This document shows, in pieces, positions 7,312-13,274 of a stretch of 43,506 nucleotides of DNA. The translations under genes and the position numbers were made by a program. Below the pieces are notes generated by a model that saw nothing but the letters and a program-made list of their open reading frames with translations, was not told where the DNA came from and ran no database searches. The first letter of the stretch is position 1, and every line of letters begins with the position of its first letter. Source of the DNA: a virus; the IMG/VR virus record IMGVR_UViG_3300045988_179274, positions 1-43,506 of that record. One strand, given 5' to 3'.

Positions 7312-7548
7312 GCGGGTAGTAGAGGCTACGCCGTATACCTTGCGGTATCGAACTGAGGTTTAAGCGATCTTGTGAGATAGCCGACCGCGAGGGGGAGGAG
7401 CCGCCAGTGAGCGGCTCTTCTTGTATCCGGCTTCGCCACCCTCCAATTTGCTTGCGCACATTTGCGCTTCACCGCTTTTCACGGCCGTCCGCTCATTTAG
7501 TTGGTGTACCACAGATACACAAACTGGAGGCGCCTTCTGGTTTGTTTT
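7312..7548 (+). ncRNA. Candidate orphan small RNA (about 110 or 235 nt depending on terminator used)
   Basis: It lies downstream of the + promoter. There is an internal hairpin with a U-rich tail at 7398..7424 and a strand-specific terminator at 7520..7548. It contains only a poor 55-codon GTG ORF. Confidence 0.4.
7520..7548 (+). terminator. Plus-strand-specific intrinsic terminator
   Basis: An 11-bp stem, CAAACUGGAGG/CCUUCUGGUUUG, has three G.U pairs that would be A.C mismatches on the other strand. It is followed by UUUU. Confidence 0.6.
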
Positions 7549-7551
7549 GCG

Positions 7552-8205
7552 TCACGCGATTTTTTTCTTAAGCGCACTCAGCCGCTCATCGACGATCGCC
7601 AGAAACTCTTGGCACTCTTCAAGCGCGGCGGAAAGTTCGGCCTGAGTCGGCTCGAACCGGATAAGAAAGAAGCGGGCCTTTTCCCACGGACCGATAAGGC
7701 GCGGATCGTAGCTGACGAAATCCACCCACTTGCGGCCAGTGCAAAGGAGCTGCACGAGCATCTGCGGCTTGTACTCTTCTGGAACGGCGCCCTCAGCCAC
7801 GCGGGCAAGGTGCTTTTGCGAGGAGTACGGGCACTTTATCTCGAGCAGGCCATCAGAACCGACAAGCCCGTCCGGGGACGCGCCGAAGTAGCTCACCGAC
7901 GGGTGCGGGATGAAGCCGACGAGGTCAACAAGCTCTCCTGTGCGCTCCTCGTACACCTCACGCGCCTCGTCCTCATGGTCAACACCCCATTGCATTGCGG
8001 CCGTGGTGCCGATGCCTTCGCACTGCCCCGTCACGCGCTCACAGATGAGGGTTTCGATCAAGGCCTCATAGGCCGCCGTGGGCTTGCCGTCCTTGCGGCG
8101 GTTGAGCACGGCCGCGGCGCGGGATGCCGTCAGGCAACCGCACCGATCGTGGAACCACGCGGCTGTGCGCTGTAGCGGGTTACCCGCAACTTCGACTTCG
8201 GTCAT
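7552..8205 (-). CDS. YqaJ-type (lambda Exo-like) recombination exonuclease
   Basis: PD-(D/E)XK signature ...GASPDGLVGSDGLLEIKCP..., with N-terminal WFHDRCGCLTASR as in the YqaJ family. It is adjacent to ERF. Confidence 0.8.
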   Translation of the reverse strand: MTEVEVAGNPLQRTAAWFHDRCGCLTASRAAAVLNRRKDGKPTAAYEALIETLICERVTGQCEGIGTTAAMQWGVDHEDEAREVYEERTGELVDLVGFIPHPSVSYFGASPDGLVGSDGLLEIKCPYSSQKHLARVAEGAVPEEYKPQMLVQLLCTGRKWVDFVSYDPRLIGPWEKARFFLIRFEPTQAELSAALEECQEFLAIVDERLSALKKKIA

Positions 8206-8810
8206 TACTCAGCCCCCTTATCGGCCTCGGTAGCCATTCGCTTCAGCTGGTCGTGCCACCCGCTCGTGGTGAGAGCGCGGCGCGCGTCACTGCCGAGACC
8301 CTTCCAGAAGGCCGTATAGCCCTGCATGCCGCAGGACGCTGCGTGCTTTGCAGAGTCGACAAGTTCTTGCGTCAGTGCCTGCTCGGCCTCCTGCCTGCGG
8401 CCTGCGCCGGCGCCGTCATCATCGTCGTCAGCGGCAATGCCAAGGAAACTCGCAAGAGAGTATCGGCAGGCGTATGTGCGCGCGCTGCCCATGGCCTGAG
8501 CGGCGTTGCCGCCCTTTACCGCCGTGATCGGCATGAAAAGTTTGCCGCTCGTCAGAGTCTCGCCCTTGTGACAGAGCAGGGTCTCGACCGTCAGGCCGCC
8601 GTCTGCCGCTTCAACCTTCTGGCACAGAAAAATCCCGTGACGGTTGAGAGCAGGTCGCGTGGCCGTGAGGATTTCATCGAGCGTGGCGTACTTGCCGTAG
8701 TTCGCCTTGCCGTTCTTCCGGACGGGGCCGAACTCTGACTGCGCAGCGGCAAGCGCGTCAAAGATGGTGGGGGCCGCCTTTGCCTCGGCGGCGGGGGTTG
8801 TGTCTGTCAT
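8205..8810 (-). CDS. erf: ERF-family single-strand annealing protein
   Basis: NGKANYGKYATLDEILTATRPALNRHGIFL... and ...GSARTYACRYSLASFLGI are ERF hallmarks. The C-terminal linker is acidic. Confidence 0.8.
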   Translation of the reverse strand: MTDTTPAAEAKAAPTIFDALAAAQSEFGPVRKNGKANYGKYATLDEILTATRPALNRHGIFLCQKVEAADGGLTVETLLCHKGETLTSGKLFMPITAVKGGNAAQAMGSARTYACRYSLASFLGIAADDDDDGAGAGRRQEAEQALTQELVDSAKHAASCGMQGYTAFWKGLGSDARRALTTSGWHDQLKRMATEADKGAE

Positions 8811-8819
8811 GTCTGTTCC

Positions 8820-9011
8820 TTAAAGCAATGGGAGAATTTCGGACGCTGCGGCAGCGAGTGCCGCGGCGGTGATGACTGTCGCAATCACTGCGGGGCGCCA
8901 GCGCTCCCACGTGAGGCGCCGGCGGCGCATCTTGTCGGCCCGGGCGAAGTTGTGTTTCCATTGCGCAAGCGCCGGGTCTGTGTCGAAGAGTTCGTCGATC
9001 GTGTGTTTCAT
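8820..9011 (-). CDS. Hypothetical small protein with C-terminal TM helix
   Basis: 63-aa ORF with hydrophobic tail AVIATVITAAALAAAA. ATGA-type overlap with the upstream gene. Confidence 0.55.
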   Translation of the reverse strand: MKHTIDELFDTDPALAQWKHNFARADKMRRRRLTWERWRPAVIATVITAAALAAAASEILPLL

Positions 9012-9241
9012 GGGAGAGTCTCCTCATTTACCAGTGTGCGCAGGCGCAGCAGCATTTCGCGCTTCTTTTGAAGAACCTTGTCAAGCGCATCGAGATACCC
9101 GACCGCGTCAGCGTAGTCGTCAAGCTTGATGCGGGAGCGGGCGTACTTGAAGTAGCACTGCTCGTACGCCGACCACGACTCGTCAGACTTGAGCCGCGCC
9201 AGTTCGGCCATAAGCTCAAGTCGCGCTTCACAAGATCGCAT
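9008..9241 (-). CDS. Hypothetical protein
   Basis: ORF 9008..9346 trimmed to ATG 9241, which lies 7 nt after AAGGAG. Confidence 0.55.
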   Translation of the reverse strand: MRSCEARLELMAELARLKSDESWSAYEQCYFKYARSRIKLDDYADAVGYLDALDKVLQKKREMLLRLRTLVNEETLP

Positions 9242-9360
9242 CGAAAATCTCCTTGAGGTGCGGCAGGTAGCCGAGCCACAGGAACGTGACAATGAAAAAG
9301 GCCGCAAACGCGGCCATGGAAAGCGGTGAGTCTCCGTGTTTGTCACGGGTTGTCAGGCGC

Positions 9361-9726
9361 TTAAAGATCGAGGTCATAACCTTCGCTCCTTGCGTAGCCG
9401 AAGAAGTCTTCGAGCTGCTCGCAGATGTCCTTTTCTCGCCAGTCGGCGCTGATCTCGACGCGGCAGTTGCTCCACGCCAGCGTCAGCGTGCCGTAGCTTT
9501 TTTCAACCCGCAGCGCCGCTTCGGCGGGTGTAGAGAAGCACTCGCCCTCGCTCAGCTTGAGCGTCCAATACATTTGCTTAAACTCAGCGAGAGGCACGCC
9601 CAAGAAGCAGGTCCGGTGCGCATGATCGTCATGGATCACGATGTCCCACGTCTTCCCGGCATCGGCCGATACGAAGCGAATCTGCGTGCGGTTGCAGGTG
9701 GTGACGCATTCGAGCTTTTTCATCAC
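9361..9726 (-). CDS. Hypothetical protein
   Basis: 121-aa ORF in the early-left operon. Confidence 0.6.
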   Translation of the reverse strand: MMKKLECVTTCNRTQIRFVSADAGKTWDIVIHDDHAHRTCFLGVPLAEFKQMYWTLKLSEGECFSTPAEAALRVEKSYGTLTLAWSNCRVEISADWREKDICEQLEDFFGYARSEGYDLDL

Positions 9727-9735
9727 GCTCTCCTT

Positions 9736-10038
9736 TCAGGCCCAGCGCATGGCCTGCTGCTCTTCTTCGAGCTCGAGCGCGTCGTTGAGGTCGTCCACCA
9801 CGCTCTGGCGCAACTCGCGTGCCTCTTGCTTAGCGCCGAAGCTCTCTTCCAGCGTCTCAGCGATCCAGTCCGTCAGGCAGACCATGACCTCGGTCGTGCT
9901 CGCGTGCTGTTCAGCGTACTCGGTGGCCATGTACTCGAATTGAGCAGCGATTTCCGACCAGATCGGACGTGCCTTTTCGCAGTCTCTGCTTGTGTACTGG
10001 TCGCTGAAGTGCTCAAGCAAAACCCGCTCTTTTTTCAT
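9736..10038 (-). CDS. Hypothetical acidic protein
   Basis: ORF 9736..10176 trimmed to ATG 10038 (MKKERVLLEHF...). The upstream part is an Arg-rich shadow. Confidence 0.6.
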   Translation of the reverse strand: MKKERVLLEHFSDQYTSRDCEKARPIWSEIAAQFEYMATEYAEQHASTTEVMVCLTDWIAETLEESFGAKQEARELRQSVVDDLNDALELEEEQQAMRWA

Positions 10039-10214
10039 TCCTCGTCCTCCTCGTCGTCTTCGTCCCAGTCTCCGCAGTCGATCTCGTCGTAAAGCTTTTC
10101 GACATATCCCTGCTCCACGCCGAAGCGCTCGGCGACGGCGGAGCAGATTTCCAAAAACTCGCCGCCTTCGTCGCATGCGGCTTTGATCGCGTCTACGATT
10201 TCGCGCTCTCTCAT
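10035..10214 (-). CDS. Hypothetical small protein with poly-acidic tail (first gene of the early-left operon)
   Basis: ATG 10214 is preceded by GGGAGA. C-terminus WDEDDEEDEE. 4-nt overlap with the next gene. Confidence 0.55.
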   Translation of the reverse strand: MREREIVDAIKAACDEGGEFLEICSAVAERFGVEQGYVEKLYDEIDCGDWDEDDEEDEE

Positions 10215-10239
10215 GGTGTTCTCCCTGGATTCGGGCAAT

Positions 10240-10265
10240 AAAAAAGCCCCCGATTTCTCGGAGGC
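10240..10265 (-). terminator. Rho-independent terminator
   Basis: Minus-strand RNA GCCUCCGA-GAAA-UCGGGGGC followed by UUUUUU. Confidence 0.7.
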
Positions 10266-10274
10266 CTGGATACG

Positions 10275-10297
10275 AAAAAGCCCGCGCGAGGCGGGCT
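10275..10297 (-). terminator. Rho-independent terminator after the DUF2335 gene
   Basis: Minus-strand RNA AGCCCGC-loop-GCGGGCU followed by UUUUU. Confidence 0.7.
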
Positions 10298-10316
10298 TGT
10301 GGTTAGTACGCGTTCT

Positions 10317-10694
10317 TCATTTGTTAGATCGGCTAATTGCGTAAACGACAACTCCGAGAGTGGAGCCGACCAGTCCGACGGCTGCCCAATCGTGGCCATT
10401 AAATGCCAGGTAAATGGCTCCCAGGAACGCCACAATAGCCACTGCGACAGAACCGCCTGCCGAAAGCATGTTTTGCCGATGAATGAACGTATCGATCCTG
10501 AGCATCCTTTCGCGTCGGAACTTTGCTTCCTGCTCTGTCATAGTCAGAACCTTGTCGACTAGATCCGGGCGGAATTGGTGAAGCTTTTCAAGCTCGCCAA
10601 CGGGCGGCAGTGGAAAGTCGTTTTCCTGAGATACGGCCCGAAGCTGATTGCCGGACGGATCCTTCATTTCAACGGCGGTGTGCTTCTGCGGCAT
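10317..10694 (-). CDS. DUF2335-like membrane protein
   Basis: LPPVGELEKLHQFRPDLVDKVLTMTEQEAKFRRE, then two TM helices, which I recall as the DUF2335 pattern. The region looks AT-richer by eye. Confidence 0.6.
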   Translation of the reverse strand: MPQKHTAVEMKDPSGNQLRAVSQENDFPLPPVGELEKLHQFRPDLVDKVLTMTEQEAKFRRERMLRIDTFIHRQNMLSAGGSVAVAIVAFLGAIYLAFNGHDWAAVGLVGSTLGVVVYAISRSNK

Positions 10695-10896
10695 TTTCTT
10701 CCTTCACTTTGGCGATACTCCTGCGGAGATCTTTTTGTACGCGCAAGTAATCCTGATGCAGTTTCTTGCGATCATCCGAAAATGGAGTGTTGCTGAATTT
10801 TGGGTACCGTTTCGGCATCCAGGGAGAGCCTAATGCTACAACCCCGGCAGAGACGACCCGAAGCACATTGGTCATTTGCGAATCCTTTCTCAACAT
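10669..10896 (-). CDS. Hypothetical small protein
   Basis: 75-aa ORF. It overlaps the DUF2335 start by 26 nt. The start codon is uncertain. Confidence 0.45.
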   Translation of the reverse strand: MLRKDSQMTNVLRVVSAGVVALGSPWMPKRYPKFSNTPFSDDRKKLHQDYLRVQKDLRRSIAKVKEENAAEAHRR

Positions 10897-11030
10897 CAGA
10901 ACTATAACGAATTTCTCGACGAGTCCAGTTAAAAGCCGGCAAGACCGTTACATCTTTCCGCGCTAGGCCTTTGGTTTGATCCAGCCGTCATGGCTCCTTT
11001 GGCTCAGAACCTCGAGCTTCTTGCAGATGG

Positions 11031-11258
11031 TCAAAGAGATTGCGCAAAGCCGTAGGCCTGCTCGACGGCGGCCTGATCGTCAGCGCCAATTTGCTCGAGG
11101 TAGGCGCCGTCACAGAGCGCGTCGAGCACGTCGCCACGATCGGCGCGCTCCCCGTTCGCCTCGGTGCAGCCTTCGACGGCATCGATGAGGATGCGCTTGG
11201 CTTCTTTGGTCATGTCCGACTCTTCGATCTTGGTGGTGACTTCGTTGACGTTCAGCAT
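11031..11258 (-). CDS. Hypothetical small acidic protein
   Basis: ORF 11031..11570 trimmed to ATG 11258, which lies 6 nt after AAGGAG. It is preceded by conserved element E1. Confidence 0.6.
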   Translation of the reverse strand: MLNVNEVTTKIEESDMTKEAKRILIDAVEGCTEANGERADRGDVLDALCDGAYLEQIGADDQAAVEQAYGFAQSL

Positions 11259-11264
11259 GATTTG

Positions 11265-11320
11265 CTCCTTGAAAAAACCCACATCAGCCCTCGTCGCCAA
11301 GGGCTGAAATTGGCCTTCTC
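11265..11320 (-). promoter_or_regulatory. Conserved leader element E1: GAGAAGGCCAATT / hairpin / TGTGGGTTTTTT / AAGGAG
   Basis: The flanks match element E2 (11851..11908) almost exactly, while the 8-bp GC-rich stem has a different sequence. Confidence 0.6.
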
Positions 11321-11396
11321 CCTCTTCAGGTGCGATCATCGAGGCGTCAGACCACCAGTTTGACGTTCGATCAACCACAACCTGAAGAGGAAGAAA

Positions 11397-11726
11397 GTGA
11401 ACCCGATTACTACACTCACATTTACTGGGGCGGACGGCAGCAAATACCGTTTCTCCGTCTATCCGAAAAACATCAGAGTCAACTGCGGCCCGGCCCTGTA
11501 CTCGTTCCTCAAGAGAACCGACGGGAAGTACTACGTTCTCTACATAGGGAAGTCGGAAGACCTCGCGCAACGACTATCGGATCACCATAAATGGGATGAG
11601 GCCGGCAGACTCGGATTTGAGTTTCTTGCTATCTGCCGTGGCGTTCGAGCGGGCGATCTTGAGGCTGCCGAGGCAGCCCTGATTCGCCAGTACCGTCCTC
11701 GGTGCAACGAAGTGGTTCCCCGCTGA
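11397..11726 (+). CDS. Minimal GIY-YIG nuclease domain protein
   Basis: GTG start. Motifs: ALYSFL...YYVLYIGKSEDLAQRLSDH...EAAEAALIRQYRPRCN (GIY, YIG, R, E, N). It is the only + strand gene in a minus-strand block. Confidence 0.65.
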   Translation: MNPITTLTFTGADGSKYRFSVYPKNIRVNCGPALYSFLKRTDGKYYVLYIGKSEDLAQRLSDHHKWDEAGRLGFEFLAICRGVRAGDLEAAEAALIRQYRPRCNEVVPR

Positions 11727-11844
11727 CGGGGGAGACAACAGCCCGATATGCCGTGAACGCTGCGAGGAGCCCGTAGATTTCTGTGAGTTCCTCGAGCGTG
11801 TCCGGCGTCACGATCAGCTTTCGGTCGATGATTTCGATTTCCAT
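11629..11844 (-). CDS. Hypothetical small protein (3' third runs antisense through the GIY-YIG gene)
   Basis: ATG 11844 lies 6 nt after AAGGAGA and is preceded by conserved element E2. The C-terminal 33 codons overlap 11629..11726. Confidence 0.4.
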   Translation of the reverse strand: MEIEIIDRKLIVTPDTLEELTEIYGLLAAFTAYRAVVSPVSGEPLRCTEDGTGESGLPRQPQDRPLERHGR

Positions 11845-11850
11845 CGTTTT

Positions 11851-11908
11851 CTCCTTTAAAAGACCCACAGATGCGCCCGCCGAGGCAGGCGCATCAATTG
11901 GCCTTCTC
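11851..11908 (-). promoter_or_regulatory. Conserved leader element E2: GAGAAGGCCAATT / hairpin / TGTGGGTCTTTT / AAGGAG
   Basis: Second copy of E1, with stem GAUGCGCC/GGCGCAUC. Confidence 0.6.
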
Positions 11909-12131
11909 ACAGTCGTCCTGCCGTCGCACCCAGATGGGGTCTGTTTCACGCTTGTGGGCTCAGCGCCCCGGCAGGAGTCCGATCCGCTCCTCGCGTCCCG
12001 GTCTGGCTTCCGATTTGCCCCTCGGTAGCCACAGGGAAGAACTTTCGGGCTCCCCGGGGTGCCGCCCCCGGATCGTGGCCGTCTATATCTCTTTGCGCTA
12101 TTTCATAGCGCTTTCTGATATGAGCGAACTA

Positions 12132-12146
12132 TAGCACGGCGTGCTA
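12132..12146. promoter_or_regulatory. Perfect 7-1-7 palindrome TAGCACG-G-CGTGCTA (candidate leftward operator)
   Basis: Read directly from the sequence. The same GTGCTA half-site recurs in the CI/Cro intergenic region. Confidence 0.5.
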
Positions 12147-12166
12147 CTCTGCGCAATATAAAAAAA

Positions 12167-12179
12167 TGCACAGCGTGCA
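12167..12179. promoter_or_regulatory. Palindrome TGCAC-AGC-GTGCA (candidate operator)
   Basis: Read directly from the sequence. It lies 20 nt from the 12132..12146 palindrome. Confidence 0.35.
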
Positions 12180-12209
12180 ATGTTTGATATCGATCAAAAG
12201 TTTTGGGCA

Positions 12210-12233
12210 CAAAAAAACCGCCTTTGGGCGGTT
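12210..12233 (-). terminator. Rho-independent terminator after the repressor gene
   Basis: Minus-strand RNA AACCGCC-CAAA-GGCGGUU followed by UUUUUUU. Confidence 0.75.
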
Positions 12234-12251
12234 TGCTCGATCAGGAGAGAG

Positions 12252-12950
12252 TCACATGAGTCTACCTGTCCAAAGATAGACAATTCGTCCGACGATTTGA
12301 ACTCCGGAGTACGACTCCAGTGGCTGAGCCGTCTCGGTAGGATGACCATCCGCACTCACCATCAAAACTCCGTCAAGGCGCATTGTCAGCCTGCGCAAAA
12401 GGTAGCGGCCTGCCGCAAGCAAGCAATAGCAACCGTCTTTTGAAAACCCCGGGTTGCTTGTTTCAATGAGTACTCTATCGCCTTGTTTTATCGTAGGGGC
12501 CATCGAATCGTCCTGCACGGCAGCCGCCGCGTAATCTTCTGCTTTCGCCCCTGGGAAATACTTTCTAAAAATAGATTTATCTAAATTGATCGGATCCGCC
12601 ATCGTCGCCACACTCCCCTGCAACGCAATTGTCTTCACTCGGAATAGTCCGGCGTCATCGATGTATTTAAATTCGGCGGGCTGTTCTGAGTGGTCCTCGT
12701 CCATCCAACCGGCGGGCAACCCCAAACTCTCTTCTATCTTTCTTGCGATTTTGGCTCCCATCACCCTGGGTTTGCCTCTATTTGGCTGCCGGTTCTTTAT
12801 GAGGGCCACTGTTGGATCGTTTCTTTTCCGCCCAAGGGCTGCGTTGAACTCGGCGATTGAGGGGTGTTTGCTCAACTGAATGAGCAAATTTGCGCGTCGG
12901 ATTTCATCGATTGTAGGCATTGGAGTCTCCAGCAGTGATCCGTTGTCCAT
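12252..12950 (-). CDS. CI-type repressor, HTH + S24 (LexA-like) autopeptidase domain
   Basis: ARKIEESLGLPAGWMD (phage repressor HTH tail) and DDSMAPTIKQGDRVLIE (S24 Ser motif). An alternative start at ATG 12920 has a GGAG SD; the 12950 start would be leaderless. Confidence 0.85.
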   Translation of the reverse strand: MDNGSLLETPMPTIDEIRRANLLIQLSKHPSIAEFNAALGRKRNDPTVALIKNRQPNRGKPRVMGAKIARKIEESLGLPAGWMDEDHSEQPAEFKYIDDAGLFRVKTIALQGSVATMADPINLDKSIFRKYFPGAKAEDYAAAAVQDDSMAPTIKQGDRVLIETSNPGFSKDGCYCLLAAGRYLLRRLTMRLDGVLMVSADGHPTETAQPLESYSGVQIVGRIVYLWTGRLM

Positions 12951-12953
12951 TTT

Positions 12954-12991
12954 ATGCTAATCGTGCTACAAAACAATTGCTTGCTGTGCTA
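12954..12991. promoter_or_regulatory. CI/Cro intergenic operator candidates (ATGCTA, GTGCTA, GTGCTA half-sites)
   Basis: Hexamers lie at 12954, 12963 and 12986. TATAGT at 13009..13014 is a possible rightward -10. Confidence 0.4.
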
Positions 12992-13024
12992 TGATTGCGC
13001 TATTGAGATATAGTGTAGGTCGCT

Positions 13025-13273
13025 ATGAAACTTACAAATTACATCGATAATTGCCCGGCGGGAGAGCAGGCGCGACTTGCTCGTGTGCTTGGATGTGACC
13101 CGTCGAGAATTTCTGAGATCAAGCTCGGGAAAAGGCTCCCGTCGCCCAGACAGGCGATTGAAATTTCGCTTGCGACAGGCCGTGCTGTAACCCCTGAAGA
13201 GTTGCTCCCGACAGAAGATTGGTCCGCGTACAGGCAGGCACTGCGCGTCAAGGCGCGGGCGGCAGAGGTCTGA
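13025..13273 (+). CDS. Cro/YdaS-like HTH regulator
   Basis: 82 aa with GEQARLARVLGCDPSRISEIKLGKRLPSPRQAIEI (HTH). Divergent from CI. Confidence 0.7.
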   Translation: MKLTNYIDNCPAGEQARLARVLGCDPSRISEIKLGKRLPSPRQAIEISLATGRAVTPEELLPTEDWSAYRQALRVKARAAEV

Positions 13274-13274
13274 G

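Noticed and set aside
7407-7571. 55-codon GTG ORF with a strong GGAGGAG SD inside the orphan plus-strand transcript.
   Set aside because: Its composition is Cys/Arg/His/Phe-rich. Its SD and start are buried in the 7398..7417 hairpin, and it reads through the terminator into the convergent gene. It is kept only as an alternative to the ncRNA interpretation.
9228-9317. 29-codon hydrophobic minus-strand ORF (MAAFAAFFIVTFLWLGYLPHLKEIFDAIL) filling the 120-nt gap between 9241 and 9361.
   Set aside because: It is too short, and the only SD-like sequence is 13 nt from its ATG. It cannot be supported from sequence alone, although a small membrane peptide is possible.
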